In this document: positions 48,150 through 57,288 of the stretch, piece after piece
Position numbering within the stretch: the stretch's first letter is position 1
How the letters are laid out: every line of letters starts with the position of its first letter
From: a candidate division TA06 bacterium
GTDB lineage: Bacteria > Edwardsbacteria > AC1 > EtOH8
Length of the DNA: 64,000 nucleotides
NCBI GenBank assembly: GCA_016235665.1
Contig: JACRJI010000013.1
Location: forward strand, 143,095 to 207,094
Direction of reading: 5' to 3'
Translations under genes and position numbers: made by a program
Notes under the pieces: model-generated
The model's database searches: none
What the model was told of the DNA's origin: nothing
Seen by the model: only the letters and a program-made list of their open reading frames with translations

Positions 48150-49610
48150 TTATCCAACATTAACCGTTAGCATTTCTATACTCTTTTGAACTCTTTTCAA
48201 TGTCTCCTCTTTCCCTAGTATCTCCGCCAGTTCCGTGGCCCCGCCGGGGGTGACCTCGCGGCCGGAGAGGGCTATGCGCAGAGGCGTAAGGAAGGTGTTG
48301 GCCTTTACCCCCAGCGTCTCTACCACCACATACAGCGCCTGCTTGATGGTCTCATGGTCCCAGCTTCCCAGTTTCTCCAGTTCCGCCCGGCAGGTCTTAA
48401 GGTATTCCAGGGAATTCATCAGGTCGGTCTTGGCCTTTTTGTTGACGAACATTTCCTTTGCATATTCCGGCAGGGCATCGATGAAATCCACCCGGGCCGG
48501 GATGTCCGACAGCACCACGGTGCGCTGTTGCATCAGACCGGACAGCTTGCGCAGGTCAATTCCCGGGCTTTTGACGGCCTGCTGCAGCCAAGGCAGGGCT
48601 GCTTCGTAAAAGATCTCGGGCGTCATTTTGCGGATATACTCGCCGTTCATCCATTTCAACTTCTCCACGTCGAAGATGGCCGGGGAATTGTTCAGCCCGG
48701 CCACGGAGAAGACCTTCTTCAACTCATCCAATGAAAATATCTCCCGTTCATCCTTGGGGTTCCATCCCAGCAGGGCGATGTAATTGACGATAGCCTCCTT
48801 GAGATACCCCTGATTATAGAAATCTTCGAAGGAGGCGTCGCCCTCGCGCTTGGAAAGCTTCTTTCCTGCTGCCTTCATGATCAAGGGCAGGTGGATGTAG
48901 GCCGGGATCTCCCATTCCAGGGCCTGATAGATCAGGTTGTACTTGGGGGCCGAGGACAGGTATTCGCTGCCGCGGATGACGTGCGATATCTGCATCAGGT
49001 GGTCGTCCACCACGTTGGCGAAGTTGTAGGTGGGCAGGCCGTCTGACTTCAACAGGATCCCGTCCTCCAAGGTGGAGTTCTCCACCGTCACTGTGCCGTA
49101 GACCAGGTCGTCAAAGCTGGTGGAGCCCCCGCGGGGGATCTTCTGGCGAATCACTGAAGGCTCGCCCGAGGCCGCCCGTTTCTTGGCCTCTTCCGGACCG
49201 ATGTCCCGGCAGGGGTCCTGGAATTTGACGGCAGTATTGTTCCCGCCGGCTTCCTGGCGCAGGGACTCCAGCTTCTCCTTGCTGCAGAAACAGTAATAGC
49301 CGCCGTCCCTGGCGATAAGCTTTTCGGCCCATTCCTTATAGATGCTTTTCCGCTGGCTCTGGACATAGGGGCCGAAGGGGCCGCCGATATCCGGGCCCTC
49401 GTCATGTTCCAGACCCACCAGTTTCATTGTATTATAGATCACCTCGACCGAGCCCTCCACCAGCCGTTCCTGGTCGGTGTCCTCGATCCGCAGGATGAAC
49501 TTACCGTTCATGGTGCGGGCGATCAGGTAGGCATAGAGGGCGGTGCGAAGATTGCCGATGTGCATGTAGCCGGTGGGGCTGGGGGCGAAGCGGGTGCGGA
49601 CAGTAGGCAT
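48150..49610 (-). CDS. gltX: Glutamate--tRNA ligase
   Basis: VRTRFAPSPTGYMHIGN, LRIEDTD, YCFC, PTYNFANVVDD, KLSKR; start MPTVR at 49610. Confidence 0.96.
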   Translation of the reverse strand: MPTVRTRFAPSPTGYMHIGNLRTALYAYLIARTMNGKFILRIEDTDQERLVEGSVEVIYNTMKLVGLEHDEGPDIGGPFGPYVQSQRKSIYKEWAEKLIARDGGYYCFCSKEKLESLRQEAGGNNTAVKFQDPCRDIGPEEAKKRAASGEPSVIRQKIPRGGSTSFDDLVYGTVTVENSTLEDGILLKSDGLPTYNFANVVDDHLMQISHVIRGSEYLSSAPKYNLIYQALEWEIPAYIHLPLIMKAAGKKLSKREGDASFEDFYNQGYLKEAIVNYIALLGWNPKDEREIFSLDELKKVFSVAGLNNSPAIFDVEKLKWMNGEYIRKMTPEIFYEAALPWLQQAVKSPGIDLRKLSGLMQQRTVVLSDIPARVDFIDALPEYAKEMFVNKKAKTDLMNSLEYLKTCRAELEKLGSWDHETIKQALYVVVETLGVKANTFLTPLRIALSGREVTPGGATELAEILGKEETLKRVQKSIEMLTVNVG

Positions 49611-49654
49611 TGTTGTGATATGGGATTTGATGTTTGGAATTTTGGGGGCGCTTT

Positions 49655-49768
49655 TCATCCTGAGACTTGTCCTTAGCCGGGCTGCTTGCATTGCTGACGC
49701 GTGCTTGACCAACCGAAGGATGCTCTTTCATCCCTCATCCAGCCAAGCGGGAAGGTGTCTCGGGATGA
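49655..49768. repeat. Inverted-repeat-bounded element upstream of gltX
   Basis: TCATCCTGAGAC (49655-49666) and GTCTCGGGATGA (49757-49768) enclose REP-like fragments. Confidence 0.4.
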
Positions 49769-49860
49769 CAGCGGATAAGTTAAATAATGATACCAAATAT
49801 GCCGGGCAAAGTCAAAGGTAAATGGCACTAATTCAAAGGGTTTATTGATATTTTATTAAC

Positions 49861-49889
49861 TTGATTTTAGTAAATAAATATGATATAAT
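49861..49889 (+). promoter_or_regulatory. sigma70-type promoter of hisC
   Basis: TTGATT-17 nt-TATAAT with TG at the extended -10 position. Confidence 0.6.
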
Positions 49890-49943
49890 AAACATTTGCA
49901 TTAAAGTCATATTTGTAACCCATTAAACTGCATTAGGTTATAT

Positions 49944-51035
49944 ATGAAGCCTCAAGCCAGGCCCAACATCCAGGGTATCAGCCCATACATCCCGGGCAAG
50001 CCCATCGAAGAAGTGCGCCGGGAGCTGGGCATAAGGGGTCAGATCATCAAGCTGGCCTCCAACGAAAACCCGCTGGGGCCTTCGCCCAAGGCGGTCAAAG
50101 CCCTGCGCAAATCGCTTAAGGAGATCAACCTTTATCCCGATGACGGGTGCTTTGCCTTGAGCAAGAGGCTGGCCTCCCATCTGGGAGTCAACGAGGACCA
50201 GCTGATCTTCGGCAACGGCTCGGTGGATGTGATAGAGTTCATCACCAAGACCTTCGTGGCTCCCGGCGACCATGTGGTCATCGCCGAGGGGGCTTTCATC
50301 ATGTACAAGATAGCGGCCAAGATGGCCGACGCCAGGCCCTCGCTGATACCCCTGAAAAATTACCTCCACGACCTGGACGCCATGGCGGCGGCCGTCACCC
50401 CCCAGACCAAGGTGGTCTACATCGCCAACCCCAACAATCCCACCGGCACCATGCTGACCGAAGCCCAGGTCAAGGCCTTCATGAAGAAGATCCCGGAGAG
50501 CTGCGTGGTGGTGTTCGACGAAGCCTATTCCGAATACATCGACCGGCCAGATTTTCCCGATACCATCAAACTGCTCAAGGACTGGCCCAACGCCATAGTG
50601 CTCCACACCTTTTCCAAGATCTACGGCCTGGCCGGATTGAGGGTGGGCTACGGGGTGGGAAGCCCCGAGCTGATCGCCCAGATCCGCAAGGTGCGCCTGC
50701 CTTTCAACATCAGCCTAAGCGGGCAGGTGGCCTGCCTGGCGGCTTTGGACGATGCCAAACATCTGGCCAAAAGCAAGAAGCTCAACACCGAGGGCAAAGA
50801 ATATCTGTACAAACAATTACAGGTCTTAGGGGTTTCCTATGTTCCGTCAGAAGGGAACTTCATCCTGATAGACCCCAAGACGGACTCCATGCCGGTCTTT
50901 ACCGCCCTGCAGAAACTGGGGGTCATCGTCCGGCCGGTCAAGAACTACGGATACCAGACCGAACTGCGGGTGACCATCGGCACCGCCCGGCAGAACCGGA
51001 AGCTGATAGGGGCGTTGAAGAAGGTGCTGAAATAG
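49944..51035 (+). CDS. hisC: Histidinol-phosphate aminotransferase
   Basis: KLASNENPLG, NPNNPTG, DEAY, TFSKIYGLAGLRVGY. Confidence 0.92.
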   Translation: MKPQARPNIQGISPYIPGKPIEEVRRELGIRGQIIKLASNENPLGPSPKAVKALRKSLKEINLYPDDGCFALSKRLASHLGVNEDQLIFGNGSVDVIEFITKTFVAPGDHVVIAEGAFIMYKIAAKMADARPSLIPLKNYLHDLDAMAAAVTPQTKVVYIANPNNPTGTMLTEAQVKAFMKKIPESCVVVFDEAYSEYIDRPDFPDTIKLLKDWPNAIVLHTFSKIYGLAGLRVGYGVGSPELIAQIRKVRLPFNISLSGQVACLAALDDAKHLAKSKKLNTEGKEYLYKQLQVLGVSYVPSEGNFILIDPKTDSMPVFTALQKLGVIVRPVKNYGYQTELRVTIGTARQNRKLIGALKKVLK

Positions 51036-51190
51036 GGTCTTTTCAATCAACCGGCGACAATCAGAAGTGTTCCATTGGCGGTACCCAGTATCCACTAGTC
51101 AGTAATCTATAACCGGTGAATACTGGATAGTGAATAGTGGATAGTGTATAGTCAAAACGACTTTATAATCTGTAACAAGCAATTCAGTTG

Positions 51191-51874
51191 ATGTCTCGCA
51201 AACCGGTGATAGCCATAGACGGCCCGGAGGCCACCGGCAAAAGTAAAACCGACAGGATGGTTGCCCAGAAGCTGGGGTACCTGTACATCGACACCGGGGC
51301 CATGTACAGGGCAGCCGGTTTAAAGGCCCTGCGTCTGGGGATCTCATTCAGCGACCGGGAAGCCATAGCCAAAATGATGGAACAGACGGACATCAGCCAG
51401 GAGGTCACTTCCAACGGCCCGGCCACTTTTCTGGACGGGGTTGATGTCAGCGGGCTGATCCGCAGCCCGGAGGTCTCCCAGGCCGCCTCGGACATATCGG
51501 CCATCACTTCGGTCCGCCAAAGGCTGGTGGCGCTGCAGCAGCGGATGGGCCGGGCGGGCGGGGTGGTGATGGAGGGCCGGGACATAACCACGGTGGTCTT
51601 TCCCACGGCCGAGGTCAAGGTCTTCATGAAGGCCTCCATCCAACAGCGGGCCTGCAGGCGCAAAGCCGAACTGGAGGCCAACGGCATGACCATGGACCTG
51701 AAAGAACTGGAGAAGCAGATAGAGAACCGCGACCGGCAGGACAGCCAGAGGGACGACAGCCCCCTGACCTGCACCCGGGATTCATTGGTAATAGATACTT
51801 CAACCCTGACCATAGACCAGCAGGTGGAGATGGTGATGGCCCGGGCGGAAAAGATACAAAAGGAGCAGGCATGA
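51191..51874 (+). CDS. cmk: Cytidylate kinase
   Basis: IAIDGP, DTGAMYR, MEGRDI, RDRQDSQR..SPL. The P-loop region is atypical (see findings). Confidence 0.92.
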   Translation: MSRKPVIAIDGPEATGKSKTDRMVAQKLGYLYIDTGAMYRAAGLKALRLGISFSDREAIAKMMEQTDISQEVTSNGPATFLDGVDVSGLIRSPEVSQAASDISAITSVRQRLVALQQRMGRAGGVVMEGRDITTVVFPTAEVKVFMKASIQQRACRRKAELEANGMTMDLKELEKQIENRDRQDSQRDDSPLTCTRDSLVIDTSTLTIDQQVEMVMARAEKIQKEQA

Positions 51875-52509
51875 TCTGGGAAAGCCGGGCCTTCAATTCC
51901 CGGGCATACCGGCTGACCTGGCACTGCCTGAACATCATTTTCAGCGCGCTTTTCCGGTGGAAGGTGGAGGGCCGGGAGAACATCCCCCGGCAGGGACCCC
52001 TGATCATCGCTTCCAACCACATCGCCCTGATCGACCCGCCGTACGTGGGGGCCTGTGTGCCCAGGGAGATCGCCTTCATGGCCAAGAAGGAGCTGTTCGT
52101 CTTTCCCCCATTAAGGGCGTTGATCACCAGCCATAACGCCTTTCCCATCAGGCGGGGCGGCTGGGATTCCCAGGTATTCAGGCTGCTGAAGGAAAAACTT
52201 GATCAGGGCCTGGCGGTGCTGGTCTTTCCCGAAGGCACCCGCAGTCGGACCGATGAATTTTTGGAACCAAAACCGGGCATAGGGCTTCTGGTCAGGCAGC
52301 AGCTGGTCCCGGTGGTTCCCTGTTTCATCCGGGGTACCAACCTGGGATGGAGGGACCTGCTTTCCGGAAAACATCAGCTGACGACCAAATTCGGCCGTCC
52401 GATAACCCCGGCCGAGATAGAAGCGTTCCCCTCCGACAAGGAAGGGTACATCGGCCTGAGCTGCCTGATCATGCAGAGGATAGCCGAGCTGAAGGAAAGT
52501 TCCCGATGA
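51871..52509 (+). CDS. plsC: 1-acyl-sn-glycerol-3-phosphate acyltransferase
   Basis: NHIALID, FMAKKELF, FPEGTRS. Confidence 0.88.
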   Translation: MIWESRAFNSRAYRLTWHCLNIIFSALFRWKVEGRENIPRQGPLIIASNHIALIDPPYVGACVPREIAFMAKKELFVFPPLRALITSHNAFPIRRGGWDSQVFRLLKEKLDQGLAVLVFPEGTRSRTDEFLEPKPGIGLLVRQQLVPVVPCFIRGTNLGWRDLLSGKHQLTTKFGRPITPAEIEAFPSDKEGYIGLSCLIMQRIAELKESSR

Positions 52510-53336
52510 AGATAAAAGTGGCCCAAAGCGCCGGGTTCTGCTTCGGGGTGAAACGGGCGGTGAACCTGGCTTTTGAGATAGCCAAGAAATCTAAAACGCC
52601 GGTATATACCCTGGGACCCATCATTCACAATCCCCAGGTGGTGGCCCAGCTGGAGGCCTGCGGGGTCAAGGCGGTCAGCAGCCCATCCAGAATCAAAAAG
52701 GGCACGGTCATCATCCGCTCCCACGGGGTGCACCCCAAGGTCATGGCCGGCCTCAGGAAAAAAGGGATCAGGATCGTGGACGCCACCTGCCCCTTTGTGA
52801 CCAAGGCCCAGAAAGCCGCGGCCCTGCTTAAATCCGAAGGACGCCAGGTGGTGATAGTGGGAGAGGCCGAGCATCCCGAGGTGGTGGCCTTAAAGGGGTA
52901 TGCCGGCCCCAACTCGGTGGTCTACAACCACAACGATTTCAAGGTCCAGAAGAAACTGGGGGTGCTGGCCCAGACCACGCTTTCGGCCGGGGATTTTATA
53001 GAGGCCCTGATATCTTTCGGGAGGAAGGCCGAAGACATCCACATCGTCAACACCATCTGTCAGGCTACCAAAGTGCGGCAGCAGGATACCATGAGGCTGG
53101 CCAAGGATTCCGACGTGATGATCGTGGTGGGCGGACGCAACTCGGCCAACACTTCGCGCCTGCTGGAACTCTGCCGTAAAGTGGGCCGTCCGGCTTATCA
53201 TGTGGAAACAGAACGGGAGCTGAAGGCCAAATGGTTCCAAAACTGCTCCAAGGCCGGGGTCACGGCCGGGGCGTCCACTCCGGACAGCATGGTCAAAAAA
53301 GTTGTGGACCGGATCAAGGAACTTAAATCTAAATAA
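52506..53336 (+). CDS. ispH: 4-hydroxy-3-methylbut-2-enyl diphosphate reductase
   Basis: AGFCFGV, IIHN, DATCPFV, HPEV, TICQAT, NSANT, TAGASTP. Confidence 0.95.
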   Translation: MKIKVAQSAGFCFGVKRAVNLAFEIAKKSKTPVYTLGPIIHNPQVVAQLEACGVKAVSSPSRIKKGTVIIRSHGVHPKVMAGLRKKGIRIVDATCPFVTKAQKAAALLKSEGRQVVIVGEAEHPEVVALKGYAGPNSVVYNHNDFKVQKKLGVLAQTTLSAGDFIEALISFGRKAEDIHIVNTICQATKVRQQDTMRLAKDSDVMIVVGGRNSANTSRLLELCRKVGRPAYHVETERELKAKWFQNCSKAGVTAGASTPDSMVKKVVDRIKELKSK

Positions 53337-53438
53337 GGTACAGCGTAAAGCTCACAGCTTAGAGCGGTTTTACAGAAAAAATGGCAAGGCTGGCATTAGT
53401 CGGCCTATTTTATACCGAAAGGAGTTTTAATAAAACTC

Positions 53439-55151
53439 ATGGCAAAAACCAAACAACCAAGCGAGGAGCTTCTGTCACAGGACCACCTGCTGGAGCAGGA
53501 TGATCAGGAGGGTTCGGGCGAGTTCCGGAAACTGCTGGAGGAATTCACCAGCAACAGGAAATTCGAGGAGGGCGAGATCGTCACCGGCACCGTCCTGCGG
53601 ATCTCCGGGGAATCGGTGATCGTGGACGTCGGGTTCAAATCCGAGGGGATCGTCCCGGTGGTGGAATTTTTGGACCGGACCGCCATCGAGATCGGAAAAA
53701 AGGTAGACCTGCTGTTGGAGCAGGTGGAGGACCAGGACGGGCAGATCGTGCTGTCCAAGATCAAGGCCGACTTCATCAAGGTCTGGGACAAGGTCCAGAA
53801 ATCCCTGGACAGCGAGGTGGTGGTGGACGGCAAAGTGCTGCGCAAGGTCAAGGGCGGATTGATCATCGACCTGATGGGCGTGGACGCCTTCCTGCCGGGC
53901 TCCCAGATCGGCCTCCGGCCGCTGGAGACCATCGACAGCCTGCTGGGGCAGACCATTCCCTTGAAGATCATCAAGATCAACAAAAAGAAGCGCAACATAG
54001 TGGTCTCGCGCCGGGTGGTGCTGGACGCCGACCGCGACAAGCAGCGGGCGGTGATCCTGGCCGAGATAGACAAGGGACAGGTGCGCGAGGGCATCGCCAA
54101 GAACATCACCGATTTCGGGGTGTTCGTGGACCTGGGCGGCCTGGACGGCCTGCTCCATATCACCGACATGTCGTGGGGCCGGATCAGCCATCCTTCGGAA
54201 CTGGTCCAGATCGGCCAAAAGGTCAAGGTCAAGATCCTGGAATACGACCGCGAAAGGTCCCGGGTCTCTCTGGGCTTGAAGCAGCTGACCACCCATCCCT
54301 GGGAGAGCATCGAGTCCAAGTTCCCGGTGGGCACCAAGATCTTCGGCAAGATCGTATCCATCACCGATTACGGCGCCTTCATAGAGCTGGAGAAGGGGGT
54401 GGAGGGACTGATCCACATCTCCGAGATGTCCTGGACCCGCCAGGTGAAGCATCCTTCCAAGATAGTCTCCATCGGGGACTCGGTGGAAGCGATGGTGCTG
54501 AAGATAGACAAGGCCGAGCAGAAGATATCGCTGGGCCTGCGCCAGCTGGGGCCGGATCCCTGGACCAGCATCGAGGCCAAGTATCCAATAGGGGCCAAGG
54601 CGGTGGGCAAGGTCCGCAACATCACCAACTTCGGCATCTTTGTGGAGCTGGAGGACGGGATCGACGGCCTGATCCACATCTCCGACATCTCCTGGACCAA
54701 GCGCATCAAGCACCCCGGCGATGTGGTCAAGAAGGGCGATGACGTCAACGTGGTGGTCACCAACATCGACAAGGAGAACCACCGGATATCGCTGGGCATC
54801 AAGCAGATGGAGGAGGACCCCTGGAACACGGTCGGCCAGAGCTTTACCCTGGGCCAGACGGTGCACTGCAAGGTGAACCGGCCGCTGGAGCGGGGCTTGC
54901 TGGTGGACATGGACAAGGGTTTTGAGGGCTTCGTGCCGGTCTCGGAACTGGACAAGGTAGACGAGACCAAGCTGGAAGAGACCTTCAAGGGCGGCGAGGA
55001 GATGGACCTCAAGATCATCGAGATCGACGTCAACAACCGCCGGATAGCCCTTTCCCAGAAGGCTTTGATATCGGGCCAGGAGGCCGAGGACATCAAGCCG
55101 TATCTGAAGGAAGCGCCCAAGGAAGCCCCGGGGGCCGCACAGGTTCAGTAG
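53439..55151 (+). CDS. rpsA: 30S ribosomal protein S1
   Basis: Six S1 repeats (FGVFVDLGG.DGLLHITD, YGAFIELE.GVEGLIHISE and others); AAAGGAG RBS. Confidence 0.96.
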   Translation: MAKTKQPSEELLSQDHLLEQDDQEGSGEFRKLLEEFTSNRKFEEGEIVTGTVLRISGESVIVDVGFKSEGIVPVVEFLDRTAIEIGKKVDLLLEQVEDQDGQIVLSKIKADFIKVWDKVQKSLDSEVVVDGKVLRKVKGGLIIDLMGVDAFLPGSQIGLRPLETIDSLLGQTIPLKIIKINKKKRNIVVSRRVVLDADRDKQRAVILAEIDKGQVREGIAKNITDFGVFVDLGGLDGLLHITDMSWGRISHPSELVQIGQKVKVKILEYDRERSRVSLGLKQLTTHPWESIESKFPVGTKIFGKIVSITDYGAFIELEKGVEGLIHISEMSWTRQVKHPSKIVSIGDSVEAMVLKIDKAEQKISLGLRQLGPDPWTSIEAKYPIGAKAVGKVRNITNFGIFVELEDGIDGLIHISDISWTKRIKHPGDVVKKGDDVNVVVTNIDKENHRISLGIKQMEEDPWNTVGQSFTLGQTVHCKVNRPLERGLLVDMDKGFEGFVPVSELDKVDETKLEETFKGGEEMDLKIIEIDVNNRRIALSQKALISGQEAEDIKPYLKEAPKEAPGAAQVQ

Positions 55152-55192
55152 TTTTTAAGGACTTGGATCAAGGCACGGGTCTTTGATCATAA

Positions 55193-55227
55193 AGCGGGCC
55201 GGATGAAAATCCGGCCCGCTGTTGTTT
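55193..55227 (+). terminator. Terminator after rpsA
   Basis: AGCGGGCCGGAT-GAAA-ATCCGGCCCGCT followed by GTTGTTT. Confidence 0.7.
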
Positions 55228-55404
55228 ATAAAGCGGTGTAGTGATCTCTACCTTGTCTCTTCCCATTGAGGAAAGAGGTATTTGTTTTTGGTTGAATTGG
55301 CAAGTGACTACTTTATTGTTGACTTATGTTTCCATTTAGTTGTATCATTTATGATCAATCACCAAACTTAATAATTGTCAGAATCCCAATAAAGGAATAA
55401 CCTG

Positions 55405-56034
55405 ATGACCAGATCTGTTATAATGTTTACATTGTTACTTGGTATCTATAGTATATCGAATGGAGATACGCTGGACGTTAAAACGCCCGGAAAATTTAAT
55501 GGAAGGTATCATATATCGTTTGGTCTTGTTAATTATTACACTGCCAATGTATTTACATTTCCAAACAACCTGGATAGTACAAGAAACGATAGTTTTAACA
55601 GCTTTGATTGTAAAGGATTGTCAGTTTGCCTTAGATATACACTCAACAAAAATGTTGATTTTACTGCCGAATACTGGAGGTGGACTGGAATGTCCGGGAA
55701 ACCTTATGCAAGAGATTTAATATATCCTAAAGTGGATGGGTTTGGTTTGGGGATACAACATAATATTAATGAATTCTGTGACCTATTTGATCCCATTATC
55801 AAAGCCAATATCAATTATTATCGCGAAACAATTGATCAATATACAGATAGTACGGGTTCTATGAATCTGTTTTCAGAGTATACTTTTGGTTTTTGTGCAG
55901 TCATTGGTAGTGATTGGAAAATATCAAAACACTTCTCAATACCAGGTACTATAGGATATCACTTTATAAAAGGGAATAAAGATTTTTCTGGATTGGATTT
56001 TAATTTTGGAGTAAGCTATAACTTTGGGAAATAA
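55405..56034 (+). CDS. Outer-membrane beta-barrel-like protein (AT-rich)
   Basis: Signal peptide, amphipathic strands, C-terminal FGVSYNF. Confidence 0.65.
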   Translation: MTRSVIMFTLLLGIYSISNGDTLDVKTPGKFNGRYHISFGLVNYYTANVFTFPNNLDSTRNDSFNSFDCKGLSVCLRYTLNKNVDFTAEYWRWTGMSGKPYARDLIYPKVDGFGLGIQHNINEFCDLFDPIIKANINYYRETIDQYTDSTGSMNLFSEYTFGFCAVIGSDWKISKHFSIPGTIGYHFIKGNKDFSGLDFNFGVSYNFGK

Positions 56035-56132
56035 CCAATAAATTCAAAGTAGTTTTTGTGAAAAAAGCTAAAGAAGAAACAACGGAGATAGTTTTTGTGA
56101 TGGCGAGGGAATTGGTTTCATAAAAAGCAAAC

Positions 56133-56162
56133 AGGCCCCGATGACTATTTATCGGGGCTTTT
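56133..56162 (+). terminator. Terminator hairpin
   Basis: AGGCCCCGAT-N8-ATCGGGGCTTTT. Confidence 0.65.
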
Positions 56163-56173
56163 CATTAATTTGC

Positions 56174-56202
56174 TTGACAAGCAGGCTCAGACATAATATC
56201 AT
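56174..56202 (+). promoter_or_regulatory. sigma70-type promoter of cdsA
   Basis: TTGACA-17 nt-TATCAT. Confidence 0.6.
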
Positions 56203-56311
56203 TTAACAGTACTAACCATTCAACAACAAAAGGCACAAAGCATGCCCTGAGCCAGCCGAAGGGAACACAAAATATTTAGTGCCGATCAACGACAAATATT
56301 CAGGCATTGCA

Positions 56312-57175
56312 ATGGAACAAACAAATAAACAAGAGTTCAGACCCAAGGATCGAAGCGCAAAAAATATATTCTCCGGTCTGGGATTAAGGTCACTGGTGGC
56401 GGTGCTGGGCATTCCGGCCCTGCTGGCCACGGTCTACTACGGAGGCTGGTGGCTGGGAGCGGCGGTGCTGGCCCTGTCCCTGCTGGGGCTTTGGGAGTTT
56501 TACGGACTGGCCCGGGCTAAGGGAATTATACCTCTCACTGCCTGGGGCCTGGCAGGAGGGGCCCTCTTATGGCACTGTTTTATCAATCCAACTTTCATTG
56601 CCGCCGGAGCATTGACGCTTTGGCTGCTTCTTTTATTCAGCTGGATGGTGGTCAAGGGCGGGGTGGACGGATCGCTGGTCCGGGCCGGAGCGACTGTCTT
56701 TGGGGTGGTCTACGTTGCCGGACTTTTGGGACACCTGCTGTTGCTTCGCAATCTGGATGACGTCCTGGGCTTTAAGCTGGCGGTGCTGACCATGGCCCTG
56801 ATCTGGATCGGGGACACCGGGGCCTATTTCACCGGGATGGCCTTTGGCAAAAGGCCGCTGGCTTCAAAGATCAGCCCCAAGAAATCAATGGAAGGACTGG
56901 CTGGCGGAGCGTTGTTTACTTTGGCCGCGGCTTTTCTGATCGCAAGGTTTTGGATATGGGAACTGTCCGCCTGGCAGGCCCTGGTGATCGGGCTGGGGGT
57001 GGTCATCTTCGGCACTTTGGGGGATCTGTTCGAATCACTGCTCAAACGCGATGCCGGGGTCAAGGATTCCGGTAACCTGCTGCCGGGCCACGGCGGGGTG
57101 CTGGACCGCTTTGACAGCATGATGTTCGCTCTGCCGTTTGTTTACTGGTTCTGCAGGATATTTGTCCTGGGATGA
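56312..57175 (+). CDS. cdsA: Phosphatidate cytidylyltransferase
   Basis: DTGAYF.G, ISPKKSMEG, GDLFESLLKR..GVKDSG..LPGHGGVLDRFD. Start uncertain (56279 or 56312). Confidence 0.93.
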   Translation: MEQTNKQEFRPKDRSAKNIFSGLGLRSLVAVLGIPALLATVYYGGWWLGAAVLALSLLGLWEFYGLARAKGIIPLTAWGLAGGALLWHCFINPTFIAAGALTLWLLLLFSWMVVKGGVDGSLVRAGATVFGVVYVAGLLGHLLLLRNLDDVLGFKLAVLTMALIWIGDTGAYFTGMAFGKRPLASKISPKKSMEGLAGGALFTLAAAFLIARFWIWELSAWQALVIGLGVVIFGTLGDLFESLLKRDAGVKDSGNLLPGHGGVLDRFDSMMFALPFVYWFCRIFVLG

Positions 57176-57288
57176 AGCGGGGATACAATGCCACAGAGGT
57201 ACGGAGACACAGAGGCTTTATAAAACGGACATTTGAATATTTTGTATCGTTTAGAATTTTGAAATTAGTAATTAGATTTTGATAAAAA

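Noticed and set aside
49611-49790. T-box riboswitch before gltX
   Set aside because: No AAGGTGGNACC-type T-box sequence seen on the minus strand.
50147-51112. 321-aa alternative-frame ORF within hisC
   Set aside because: Off-frame shadow with biased R/P/G composition.
53475-55120. Long minus-strand ORFs opposite rpsA
   Set aside because: Antisense shadows of a strongly codon-biased gene.
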